Below are positions 24,118-33,434 of a DNA stretch of 54,092 nucleotides, piece by piece. A program made the position numbers and the translations under genes. Below the pieces are notes generated by a model. It was not told the DNA's origin and did no database searches. It saw only the letters and a program-made list of their open reading frames with translations. How positions within the stretch are numbered: position 1 is the stretch's first letter; the number at the start of each line of letters is the position of its first letter. This DNA is from Lentisphaerota bacterium (lineage in GTDB: Bacteria > Verrucomicrobiota > Kiritimatiellia > CAIQIC01 > Lenti-01): the NCBI GenBank assembly GCA_012511885.1, contig JAAZFE010000045.1, positions 1 to 54,092 of the forward strand, read 5' to 3'.

Positions 24118-25236
24118 ATGTCCGGCGTTCTGGTCACCACCTTCTATCCCATCCAAAACGCGGCCACCGGCGGCAAACGCCGGGTGGACGCACTGATCCA
24201 GGCCCTGCAACCTGATGTATTTCTGCTGCAACCCGCCCCGGCCCACCCCGACTTCCCCGGCCGGGGTTATCCTCTCGACCTCGGCCGCCGCAGAATCGGG
24301 ATCAACTGGGGCATGTTCAACCTCTACTGTCCGCGCAACCGCCGCGCGGCCCGGCAAACGGCCCTCGAGCAAAAACCCGCGGTCCTGGTGAACACGTCCA
24401 TCTGGTGCCACCACGTTTACGCGGGCCTGGGCATCCCCCGCGTCCTTGACGCTCAAAATGTGGACGGCCGGGCCATTGCCGAACGATATGGCCGGCATCA
24501 CCCGTTCACATACCGGGTGCGCACGGTCGAACGGCGCGTGGTCCATGAAAGCGACTTGGTGTTCTGCTGCTCCGAACTCGACGCCGAACACTTTGCCGCC
24601 GACTATGCCCTGCCCGCCACCAAACTGCGCGTGGCGCCTAATGGTATCTGGCTGGCCGAACCTGGGGCGGAAGACCCCGCGGCCCAAGAAATGGCCCGGC
24701 AGCTGGCGGGCAAACATATCCTGTTTTTCATGGGCAAACTCGACTATGCCCCCAACATCGAAGCCCTGGCCTTTTTGACTAACCACCTGCTTCCCGAACT
24801 CGAATGCCGGCGACCCGGAAAATTTGCCTGCGTGATCACCGGCGGGCCAAGCCTGCCCGACGGCATCTTCCATCCCCATCTTCACTATGCCGGTCAGGTC
24901 CCGGATGTCGGCCCGTGGATGGCCATGGCCGATATCTGCCTCGCGCCGATTTTCAGCGGCTCGGGCACGCGCCTCAAAATTCTGGAATATTTCGCGGCCG
25001 GCAAAACGGTGGTGGCCACAGCCAAGGCCGCGGAAGGCATCGCGGCCGGACATGACCGCGAACTGGTCTTGGCGGGAAAAAACGATGTCGCCTCTGCGGT
25101 GCTGCAGTTGGCAGATGATCCGGACCGCGCGAAAGTTCTGGCCGAGCGCGGACGGCAGCTCGCCGAAGACGCCTACTCCTGGGAGCGCACCGCCGCCATC
25201 TGGCGCGAAGGCCTGGTCCCCTTCCTCGCCAAGTGA
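24118..25236 (+). CDS. Family 1 (GT4-like) glycosyltransferase
   Basis: C-terminal GKLDYAPN...APIFSGSGTRLKILEYFAAGKTVVAT is typical of the GT-B nucleotide-sugar-binding half. Confidence 0.88.
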   Translation: MSGVLVTTFYPIQNAATGGKRRVDALIQALQPDVFLLQPAPAHPDFPGRGYPLDLGRRRIGINWGMFNLYCPRNRRAARQTALEQKPAVLVNTSIWCHHVYAGLGIPRVLDAQNVDGRAIAERYGRHHPFTYRVRTVERRVVHESDLVFCCSELDAEHFAADYALPATKLRVAPNGIWLAEPGAEDPAAQEMARQLAGKHILFFMGKLDYAPNIEALAFLTNHLLPELECRRPGKFACVITGGPSLPDGIFHPHLHYAGQVPDVGPWMAMADICLAPIFSGSGTRLKILEYFAAGKTVVATAKAAEGIAAGHDRELVLAGKNDVASAVLQLADDPDRAKVLAERGRQLAEDAYSWERTAAIWREGLVPFLAK

Positions 25237-25357
25237 TCGTTATTCTTTGGATCCCGCGGGCCTGAGCGGCGCGATTTCACCCGGCACAAAAATGCGGGCG
25301 CCCATCAGCGCCGACCCCGTGACCGCCCCCCCTCAGCAACTGGCGAGGCTATGTTGC

Positions 25358-25427
25358 AAATTATCCGCATCATGGCTCACTAGAACAGGATATGACTTTT
25401 TTATCCATGTTGATGAATTATTCAGGT
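25358..25427 (+). repeat. Truncated, diverged right-end fragment of the MITE-like element (copy 4)
   Basis: AATTATCCGCATCATGG...TTTTTATCCATGTTGATGAATTATTCAGGT followed by TA. It matches only the right ~70 bp of the full copies. Confidence 0.6.
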
Positions 25428-25465
25428 TAATCGAAGATGCACCCTCTATTGTTTCAGGTGGGCCT

Positions 25466-27004
25466 TCATGCGTCTTGACCACCTCGCGCTATGGGTTGCC
25501 ACAACATCCGGACGAGCCCCTGCCGCTCCTCGGAAGCCAATCCGCAGAGCCAGGTGCTGGCGGCTGTCCAAGTCACCGTCCAGGCCGCCGATACGATCCA
25601 GGCGCCGGTGCCAGTCCAGACATGCCGACCGGCCAGCGACCCGGCCACTGCCAGAACCAGTACACCCATGGCCGGCAACAGAATTTGGCGGGAATAGGCT
25701 CGCACCAAAATCTGAGCTTTTCCGCAAAAATACAGGATTCGCCAGCCCAAGACGGCCAGATTGATGGCCGTCCGCAGCGCCAGCACCCAAGCGGGGTTTA
25801 CACCCAGACGCAGTACCGCATAGGCTAGCGGTAGATTGCTCAACAGCAGCAGGCTGACCACAATCTGGTAGGTCCGGATGTTCCCGAAGGCGTGCGCGGA
25901 CATCCACAGCGGCCCGGCCAAAGCATCCACCAAGGCGGAAACCATGATCAACTGCAAAAAGACAGGCGCATAGGGTGGCACGGTCCCGAGCCATGCCTGC
26001 AAAATTGGTTGGGCGTTGAGGATGATCGGCAACGCGATCACCAGCATCAGGTAGAAGGAGAATTTCGACGCCCGGTACACCAGCGGGAGGAAATGCGACC
26101 GGTCCTCCCGGGCGCATAACTGGATGATCTGCGGATTGAAGGCCGTTTGAAAATTGGCAACCAATTGGTATACGGCTGCGTTGACCTGGCTGGCAATGCC
26201 CATCGCCGCATTTACGGCAACGCCGCAAAACAGGTTGATCAGCAGGTTGATACCTTGCGCGTTGCCCACATTGGCCAAACTGCCCAAAAGACTCCAACCG
26301 GAGAAACCCAGGATGGCCCGCATCAAGGGGGCATCCCGCACCGGACGGTACCGTGTGGTTTCAAACTGCCACCGACAGTAGGCGTAATACGCCACCCCGA
26401 TGACAACGGCAACCGCGAAAACCAGCAGAGCATATAGCTTCAAGGGATCTCCGAGGCCGAGAAGCAGCACATAGGCCACGCCCAACCGCAATCCCGCCTC
26501 GGCCAAGCTGATGTAGGCAAAGAAGGACATGCGCTCGTAGGCAAGAATAGTCGCGTTATAGGGCACCCGCACAATCCCGGCAATTGTGGCCAAAACAGAC
26601 AATTGATAGACCCAGTTCGCTGCCTCCAGGCGACCGTCCGGAATCACCATCTTGGCATTCAAAAACCACAAGCCGACCGTTTCCGCGAGCAGAGCAACCA
26701 GGAAGGCCACCCCGAAATGCGCGGAAAGGCTTACGCTGAAAACGCACGCCATCCGTTCGCGGTTGTCGCGGCCCAGTTCGTAGTTCAAAAAGCGCTGGGT
26801 AGCGCTCAACATTGCCACGTTCACGAAGGTGAACAACACCACCAAGCCGCCAACTACATTGTAGATGCCGTAATCCTCCACCCCAAGCGCGTTCAGCACG
26901 ATGCGCGACGTATACAGCGTCACCAGCATCGTAAGTCCCGTGCGGAAATAGAGAAGGAGCGTGTTGCGCGCGATCCGACGGTTGTTCTCGGACAGCGCGC
27001 TCAT
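25466..27004 (-). CDS. MOP-superfamily polysaccharide flippase (Wzx-like)
   Basis: From the ATG at 27004: MSALSENNRRIARNTLLLYFRTGLTMLVTLYTSRIVLNALGVEDYGIYN, ~12-14 hydrophobic segments, and a typical Wzx N-terminal pattern. Confidence 0.85.
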   Translation of the reverse strand: MSALSENNRRIARNTLLLYFRTGLTMLVTLYTSRIVLNALGVEDYGIYNVVGGLVVLFTFVNVAMLSATQRFLNYELGRDNRERMACVFSVSLSAHFGVAFLVALLAETVGLWFLNAKMVIPDGRLEAANWVYQLSVLATIAGIVRVPYNATILAYERMSFFAYISLAEAGLRLGVAYVLLLGLGDPLKLYALLVFAVAVVIGVAYYAYCRWQFETTRYRPVRDAPLMRAILGFSGWSLLGSLANVGNAQGINLLINLFCGVAVNAAMGIASQVNAAVYQLVANFQTAFNPQIIQLCAREDRSHFLPLVYRASKFSFYLMLVIALPIILNAQPILQAWLGTVPPYAPVFLQLIMVSALVDALAGPLWMSAHAFGNIRTYQIVVSLLLLSNLPLAYAVLRLGVNPAWVLALRTAINLAVLGWRILYFCGKAQILVRAYSRQILLPAMGVLVLAVAGSLAGRHVWTGTGAWIVSAAWTVTWTAASTWLCGLASEERQGLVRMLWQPIARGGQDA

Positions 27005-27375
27005 CGGCTCGAAATAACTTCCAGATGTCCGACCCAGCCCTTGGGGGGACGGACGGCGGGGAAAGGTGGGGAGAAAGCGGGGATGGCGGGGGCGGTATGG
27101 CAGACGCGCCAGCGCATGTCGTCGCAAACGTGGCGCAAAAGCGGGATTTTGGCACGATCGCCCCCGACCATCGCCGCGCCTACAAAGTCGCCAATCGCGG
27201 GATTGTGCGCGGCAAATACCGGGTTTGGCGCGGTGCCAGGCTGAATCCCCCCCCGGAATTCAGGAAAGGTCTGGTCCGGGGCATAGGGCCCCGCGGAGAG
27301 TGGAGGGTCGGCCGACACGCCCGGCAAACGCACCAGACCCCACTCGGATAATGTTACGGTGTCAACCATGGGCAT
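27001..27375 (-). CDS. Hypothetical protein (124 aa), apparently translationally coupled to the flippase
   Basis: Its TGA stop overlaps the flippase ATG (ATGA at 27001-27004). No recognisable domain. GC-rich codon usage is similar to neighbouring genes. Confidence 0.4.
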   Translation of the reverse strand: MPMVDTVTLSEWGLVRLPGVSADPPLSAGPYAPDQTFPEFRGGIQPGTAPNPVFAAHNPAIGDFVGAAMVGGDRAKIPLLRHVCDDMRWRVCHTAPAIPAFSPPFPAVRPPKGWVGHLEVISSR

Positions 27376-27469
27376 TTCTGTCTCGGCAAAAGCGGGTTTT
27401 GCGAGCCGATATCACTAACAACCATCGTAGAACAATCCGGACGGAATAACAAGCCCGACAGCCCGTTGT

Positions 27470-28231
27470 GAACCGCCGGGTTGAGGATCAACTACAAGCG
27501 CCAGCCGCGGGGGCCAGGTTTCGGCCACGGCGCGGCAGAACTGGATGGGCCTGTTTCGAGAAGATGGGACGAACGCACTTCACCCGAAATGTTGCGGTCG
27601 CAGTTGCGGCACGAAACGCAAACTTACGAAGAGGCAGGAACAAGTCATTCAACTTCAGCCTGCGGACAAGGATCCGGTGCAGCTCAAACGGCCTTTTATG
27701 CTGTGGTCGCGGTTCTCCGCAGGACAGCGGTATGGCCCCAAAAACTCGCGTCAACGTGATCTCCGCCTTTAGCAATCGCGGTGATCTTCGATTCATATGT
27801 CCTACAAGGGTGGCATGAAGGCCTCGACCTTCACGCGATTCTTGAGCCGATTGATCCGCAGGGCAGCGCAGAAGATCTTCTTGATCGTGGACAATTTGCG
27901 AATCCAGCGGAGCGTGGGTGAGCGCAAATGGGTGGCCGGACGGGCGGATCGAATAGAGTTATTCTACTTTCCTCCCTATTCTCCGGAATTCAATCCTGAT
28001 GAAAATCTCAACCCGGCCATAAAAGCGCAGTTGAAAAACCGTCCCTGGGGCTTCGACCGCAAGGCCATGCATTCCGCAGGCCATGCATTCCGCATGGAGG
28101 CAGCAGCGGAACCTGGACGTACTATTCTTTCTCCTCTCACGATGCAGCCGGATTTGAATGATCTCGAATTGGATCAGCTGGAAGGGGATTCCCTATCAAA
28201 TGGCCTTATTGAATATTGCTTATGTAGGTAG
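27470..28231 (+). pseudogene. IS630/Tc1-mariner-family DDE transposase, frameshifted and N-terminally truncated
   Basis: Pieces lie in three frames: KLTKRQEQVIQLQ..DPVQLKRPFMLWSR; NVISAFSNRGDLRFI; then KASTFTRFLSRLIRRAAQKIFLIVDNLRIQRS...IELFYFPPYSPEFNPDENLN (DDE core). No intact ORF. Confidence 0.8.
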
Positions 28232-28335
28232 TGGACGTGGCTGTTTCCTCCCCCATAGCCTTGTGCCATCGGAAGCAAAGCTGCCCCCCACCACGCAAGG
28301 GGGCGGGGCCTTCCCGAATCATAACCGCAACCTAC

Positions 28336-29280
28336 TTATGCGAAACTCAACAATTGAAACGGGCACGTTGCCAGCAGGGGCTCCAGATTGATCCGTGCCG
28401 GCGTCCAAAGCGATCGGCGTGCCCAAATCTCTTCTGGCGAAGTCAATGACGTCACACAGAATGGCTCCATTCCCTCTTTGCCAATGGATGCGTAAAAATC
28501 GTCGAATTTGAATCTCCACCATCCGGGACTGGGGGGCTCAAATTCCACCCAAATTGCAGGAATTTGATAAGCTTCCGCAACAATCAATCCGTGCAACGAG
28601 GAAGACACGATCATATCGCAACTGGTAATGTCATCAATGACGTCACGCCAATCCCCATACCCGTTCACTGCAATCTTTCTTGCCTCTGACCAGGCGGCTA
28701 TTCGTTTCAAGGCAGGAGCGTTGCGCTCGTGGTCGGCATAATTCGGAATCACTCCGATTCGAGCACGGGACCGGGGTGCTGGGGTGTAAAAGCGAGGTAA
28801 AAGCAGTGCCGGATCACCGTAGACGGCGGGACATTCGATTCCACGGTCCAATAACCATTGCCGGGTCAATGGCCCTCGCACCGCCAGGATTTTCCGTGGC
28901 TTGGAAATTAAGTCCCAACCGGGCTCGTTGTTGATCAATCCGGCGCCCCAAACCACCGTTGTCTCCAAGGGGAAAAAGGTGAGCGTACTCCCGATACACA
29001 GATAGTTCTCCAGCCCCATCTGACGAAAAAGCCATGTGTTGGGACATCGCAGCACGTGTTTTCCCGTGGCTGCCTCGAAAAAGTATAAGTTAATATCGTC
29101 GCCCCAATTCCGCCGTTTCCGTGTCCCAAACGTCCACATTAAGATGGACTTGGATGTCCGGAATCGATTCATCCAAAGGCACGCCAACCCTCGAGGCAAA
29201 CCGCGCACCTCGAATTCCACATGATGTCCCGCTCTCCAGACTGCGCGCCCCCATGGCCTTTTCTGCATCCACTGTTTCAT
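28336..29280 (-). CDS. Polysaccharide pyruvyl transferase family protein
   Basis: NWGDDINLYFF...CIGSTL...LAVRGPLTRQWLLDRGIECPAVYGDPALLLP...IVSSSLHGLIVAEAYQIPAIWV. The start is placed at ATG 29280 to avoid overlap; the longest ORF extends to 29301. Confidence 0.85.
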   Translation of the reverse strand: MKQWMQKRPWGRAVWRAGHHVEFEVRGLPRGLACLWMNRFRTSKSILMWTFGTRKRRNWGDDINLYFFEAATGKHVLRCPNTWLFRQMGLENYLCIGSTLTFFPLETTVVWGAGLINNEPGWDLISKPRKILAVRGPLTRQWLLDRGIECPAVYGDPALLLPRFYTPAPRSRARIGVIPNYADHERNAPALKRIAAWSEARKIAVNGYGDWRDVIDDITSCDMIVSSSLHGLIVAEAYQIPAIWVEFEPPSPGWWRFKFDDFYASIGKEGMEPFCVTSLTSPEEIWARRSLWTPARINLEPLLATCPFQLLSFA

Positions 29281-29285
29281 GTGTT

Positions 29286-29906
29286 TCAAAAAGGCATGCA
29301 TATGCCCCCTGCTTCAAGCGCAAATGGCTTCTGCAACATCCGGACGATTCCCGCCACCAGGAACAGCCAGCCCGTCCAGTTCCAAAGCACATAGGTCAGC
29401 GAAGCCGCCGCCCAGGCGCCGGCCGCGACGATGCCAACGAACCATAGATCGTTCTGTTGTAGTTGGATGGTCCGCACCAGCATCAATTTCGCGCGGCCCA
29501 GCGAATAATAGATGCGGTAGGACAGCCAGGAGGTCAGCCCCAGCGCCAGCCTCACCAGAATCATGCGCAGCAAACCATGCTGCCGGCCCGGCATCATTCC
29601 CGGCAGCCGCCGCAACAGGAATTTCAACCCGCCCAGCGAAGACAAAATCGCGATGAATGTGAGCGTCGTGGTGGCCAGGGTCAGGCGGCCATACAGGTCC
29701 TTCGGCAAATACTGGGTCAACAGCCGCATCCGCAGCGGATTCAGCAAAAAATACAATCCCATGTAGCCGAACGATGGCAGGACAAAGAGCAACAGACGGC
29801 CAAAAGGGCGGCCGCCCGATTGGATTGGATGCGGTTCATTCATTCTGTGCAGCAAGCGTTGATTGGCCCAAAACCTAGCATTCCGCCTCTTTGGAAACGA
29901 GTCCAA
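29286..29906 (-). CDS. Membrane protein resembling only the N-terminal ~5 TM segments of a MOP/Wzx flippase (possibly a truncated gene)
   Basis: LLLFVLPSFGYMGLYFLLNPLRMRLLTQYLPKDLYGRLTLATTTLTFIAILSSLGGLKFLLRRLP resembles flippase N-termini, but the ORF is 206 aa versus ~450-510 aa for full-length proteins. Confidence 0.5.
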   Translation of the reverse strand: MDSFPKRRNARFWANQRLLHRMNEPHPIQSGGRPFGRLLLFVLPSFGYMGLYFLLNPLRMRLLTQYLPKDLYGRLTLATTTLTFIAILSSLGGLKFLLRRLPGMMPGRQHGLLRMILVRLALGLTSWLSYRIYYSLGRAKLMLVRTIQLQQNDLWFVGIVAAGAWAAASLTYVLWNWTGWLFLVAGIVRMLQKPFALEAGGICMPF

Positions 29907-29964
29907 ACCCCATCCAAATGCTTGAAACCTCCCAAAGCATCCAATACAGTGGCCGCGTGATCCT

Positions 29965-32379
29965 GTGAGCAGCCCTGACCCATATCCTTCGTCAAACGCC
30001 CCCTCGCCGGAACGGCCAGCCCGGCGCGCCCATCTTCCATGGCTGCTCCCCTTGCTGCTGACCGCCGCTTTCCTGATCCATGTGTGGCGTCACTATGAAA
30101 TCCGCGCCTTCTCCGACCCCCTCAACTGGCTGCGCTTCGCCCGCGATTTTGCAACGCAAATCCACACCACCAAATACGCCCTCGGTTTCGCCCTGTTCCT
30201 CAGAGGCGCACTGGCCCTGACGGGGCCCTATTGCATTTTTCTGATCAATCTGCCCATTTTGCTGGGCACCTACCTTCTGGCGGCGGCGCTGGTTCAACGC
30301 TCGTTCACGCCCCGGGAACGCGTGCCGCACTGGCAGGTGGCCAGCCTGACCCTGACACTGTTCTTCCTCTTTGACCGCTGGCTGATCGTGTACCTGATGA
30401 ACCCCTATCGCGACCCGCTTTCGTTCCTGCTCTCGCTGGCGGCCGCGCTCTTCCTGGTCGTCCACGCTCAAACCGGCGGTGCGCGGCCCGCGCGGGCCGC
30501 CCTGGCCGGTCTGCTGCTCGGCCTGTCCTGTTCCGTCCGCGAAACCTCCGTCCTGTTCCTGCCACCGTTTGCCCTCTATGCCTTTTGGTCGTGGCGGGCC
30601 GACAGACGCATCCATTTCTGGCGTGACGGCATCTTTTTTTCGATCGGCCTGCTCGCGGGCATCGCGCCCCTGATGTGGCAGGGCTGGCTCCGCGCCGGCC
30701 AGCCCCTCCTGCCTGCCCAATCCACGGTGGACAACAAGCTCGTCCCCGGCATGCACTTCACCCGGCAGTGCTTCCAAGCCACGGGCAAGGATGCCTGGCT
30801 CTATCTGAAACGCGTGGCCCCCCCCGGTGTGTTCATCGTGCTCTGGGCGGCTGTCGCAGGCCTTTGGCGGCGCAACCGCGTTGTTGCGGGCCTGCTGATC
30901 CCCGCCGCGCTTATCCATGCCGTGTTTTACTGCTTCTACTGGACCTTTGTGGCCCGCTACTTCTACTCGGCCGTCACCTTTGCCGTGCCGGCGGCCGCGT
31001 GGGGCCTGCTGACCGCGTTGCGCTGGTGCGAAACCCGTCTGCCTTCCCGCCACGGCGGCAAAATCGCCAGCGCGGCCATCGGCGCCCTGGTTCTGCTGAC
31101 CGCCCTCCCCATGCTCATCGCCCGTCCGGCGGCCCCCCGCTTTCAAATCCCCCAGGCGCGGAAGTTCGCCCGGGATTTCGGCGCTCATTTGCCGAAAGGC
31201 GGCACGGTGTTCGCCCGCCGCAACCTGTGCGAAATGCTCGAATGGTTCATCCCCGCCAACTCCTTCCCGGCCATGGCGCTCATCCCCGGCGATGTCCCCG
31301 CGGAACCGGCCCTGCAAGAGGCCCTGGCGCCTTATTTGGAAAGCTCCGCCCCCCTCCACCTCGTGGCCATGCATACCCCCCCCGCGTGGGAATTGGATGC
31401 CGCCATGCTTCAGCGACTGACTGGCCTCGACGAAATCCGCTCCTTTTCCTCGCACGCCTACAACCTCTATCGCATGACCGGAGTCAACCGCTTCCAGCTC
31501 TTCGCCGTCCGGCGTTATCAACCCGATCCCCCCATCTTGCCCGGCATGCGTGAAGCCCGCGCCAACTGGGCCCGCTATGATTTTGCCATCAATGCCGTTC
31601 CCAACGCAGCGGAGCTCCTCTCGGGCGACACCGCCCCCCCCACCGCGGCGCGCCTCGCGCCGGGCGTTTTGAGCTCCGCCCGGGCCTCCCTGCCCGGCCC
31701 GGTGGCCGCCGGAGAAACCCTGCATGTGGAAATCCGTCTGCGCAGCATCCAACAGGAACGGGGCGTCAGGGACATCACCGCCACGCTGGGCGCCTCCTCC
31801 CGGCAGCTTCGACTCCGGCAGAACCGGCTGTGGCAGACCTTCACACTTTCAGCCGAAGGACTGCGGGAAAACCCCGAACTCGAGCTGAGCGCCGCCGCGC
31901 CGTTCGAGTTTCACCGCGTGGATTGGAGCCTGCCTCAGCCGACGGATCACCTGGTAATTGATGTCGGCTCCGATGGCGACTTTGCCCATCTTCTCGACGG
32001 CTGGCATGGGCGCGAAACCGCCCCCGGCAACGCGACCGTTCGCTGGAGCGGGCCGTCAGCCGCCGTATCGTGGCTCTGCGCCGGCCCGGGCCAACCCGGA
32101 CAACTCGTGCTGCGCCATTACGCGGCCAGCCGCCCCCCGCTGGATGCCGCGCCCCGGCTGTGGTGCAACGATCTCGAATTGCGGCCCGCTGTCGCCCCCG
32201 ACGGCGATACCGGCTACGAGATCATCACCGCCACCATCCCGCCCGATTGCCTCCGGCCCCGCAACATCATTCGCTTCGAGATCCCCGGCTGGCAGCCCGG
32301 GGCTCATGACCCGCGCCAACTCGGCCTCTACGTGGATTGGATCGAACTCTCTGCGGGTCCGCCCTCGGACGGGAATTAG
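29965..32379 (+). CDS. Large polytopic membrane protein (804 aa) with ~330-aa extracytoplasmic C-terminal domain; GT-C-like by inference
   Basis: GTG start. About 11-13 hydrophobic segments in the first ~430 aa. The C-terminus ends with DPRQLGLYVDWIEL, a pattern seen at the end of many bacterial PMT/ArnT-like proteins. Confidence 0.8.
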   Translation: MSSPDPYPSSNAPSPERPARRAHLPWLLPLLLTAAFLIHVWRHYEIRAFSDPLNWLRFARDFATQIHTTKYALGFALFLRGALALTGPYCIFLINLPILLGTYLLAAALVQRSFTPRERVPHWQVASLTLTLFFLFDRWLIVYLMNPYRDPLSFLLSLAAALFLVVHAQTGGARPARAALAGLLLGLSCSVRETSVLFLPPFALYAFWSWRADRRIHFWRDGIFFSIGLLAGIAPLMWQGWLRAGQPLLPAQSTVDNKLVPGMHFTRQCFQATGKDAWLYLKRVAPPGVFIVLWAAVAGLWRRNRVVAGLLIPAALIHAVFYCFYWTFVARYFYSAVTFAVPAAAWGLLTALRWCETRLPSRHGGKIASAAIGALVLLTALPMLIARPAAPRFQIPQARKFARDFGAHLPKGGTVFARRNLCEMLEWFIPANSFPAMALIPGDVPAEPALQEALAPYLESSAPLHLVAMHTPPAWELDAAMLQRLTGLDEIRSFSSHAYNLYRMTGVNRFQLFAVRRYQPDPPILPGMREARANWARYDFAINAVPNAAELLSGDTAPPTAARLAPGVLSSARASLPGPVAAGETLHVEIRLRSIQQERGVRDITATLGASSRQLRLRQNRLWQTFTLSAEGLRENPELELSAAAPFEFHRVDWSLPQPTDHLVIDVGSDGDFAHLLDGWHGRETAPGNATVRWSGPSAAVSWLCAGPGQPGQLVLRHYAASRPPLDAAPRLWCNDLELRPAVAPDGDTGYEIITATIPPDCLRPRNIIRFEIPGWQPGAHDPRQLGLYVDWIELSAGPPSDGN

Positions 32380-33434
32380 TCTCCCAAATCGGCCTCAGCC
32401 TCCGGCCGTACATCCACTACGTTGTAGAGATACCGATCCAGCACATTCCAAATGTGTTGTTGGCTCGAAGATGAATTCTCCGGCACGTAGCCCTCATCCA
32501 CAATCTTGTTCGCGATAAGATAGTGGAAAAGAATCTCGGAGATTTGCCGGTGGGCGATCTCGTTGGGATGCGCATCCACGTGCGGAATCACCTGCAACCG
32601 CATCGGCACCTGCCCGCGAAAATGCTCCAGAAAATCAAGATGCGCGACCCCAATCTCTTGAAAGGTTGCGGCAAGCTGCTCGTGCACCCAGTCGAAGGGA
32701 TAGTTGTCCACGTCGGAGAACAGTGGGAAAACAAGCGGCAGGAAAAAGATGTCCCGCTCCTTGCAGAAGTCATTGAACCGGGCCAACGCGCGCTCGAGCA
32801 ATATCCAACCGCTGTGCTCCTTGTTGTAGAGCCGGCGATAATAAAGCAAATACCCCCCGTACGCCCGGCGATCCGCCCGCTTTTGATACATAAACGACCC
32901 GGCGCGCGTGTGCTTGAGAATGGCCCCCAGCCAGGGTGGCGGCGGCTTGGGCAACGTATCCCGACGCCATGTCTTGATAAGCGTCTTCTTGTGCAGGTTT
33001 TCAGCATCGTTGAGACAAACCCCGAGAATCAGGATGTCCGGGCGCCACTCCTCGATGGCCGGCAAATGGCGGACCTCCACATCCGGATTGTCCCCCCCCT
33101 TGGCCCACACCCGCACCTCCACCGGACGCTGGTTCTCGTTCAGATTCATGAGCGCCTCCAGGCGCTGGCTGTAGGTGTCATAAAACTGGCAGCCCGTCCC
33201 ATGGGTGATGGAATCCCCGACCACCGCGATGCGCAAGGCGTCCGCATGACCCCGCGCCCAAGGGCGCAATCTCGTCTCGGCCGGATAATAAAACGCGGGC
33301 GACCGGTCGCGGATGCGGCGCGACGCGGGGTCCGGCAAAATCCGCAACGCGATTTCCAGCGCGCCGAACGCCAGAATCAGGGCCAAGATCACCAAGGCAA
33401 CCCTGGCCAACCAACGTTTCAATGCGCGCTTCAT
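32376..33434 (-). CDS. SGNH/GDSL-family hydrolase (acyl-esterase/O-acetyl-transfer type), membrane-anchored
   Basis: From the ATG at 33434: MKRALKRWLARVALVILALILAF signal anchor, then the block I motif VVGDSITHGTG, and later GVCLND and DAHP. Confidence 0.85.
   Translation of the reverse strand: MKRALKRWLARVALVILALILAFGALEIALRILPDPASRRIRDRSPAFYYPAETRLRPWARGHADALRIAVVGDSITHGTGCQFYDTYSQRLEALMNLNENQRPVEVRVWAKGGDNPDVEVRHLPAIEEWRPDILILGVCLNDAENLHKKTLIKTWRRDTLPKPPPPWLGAILKHTRAGSFMYQKRADRRAYGGYLLYYRRLYNKEHSGWILLERALARFNDFCKERDIFFLPLVFPLFSDVDNYPFDWVHEQLAATFQEIGVAHLDFLEHFRGQVPMRLQVIPHVDAHPNEIAHRQISEILFHYLIANKIVDEGYVPENSSSSQQHIWNVLDRYLYNVVDVRPEAEADLGD

Noticed and set aside
27241-27275. GGAATTCAGG near 27255, considered as a possible terminus of the IS630 remnant matching the MITE TIR (ATAATTCAGGC)
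   Set aside because: Only about 8 nt match, there is no partner inverted repeat on the other side of the transposase remnant, and the site lies inside the 27001..27375 ORF. It is probably a chance match.
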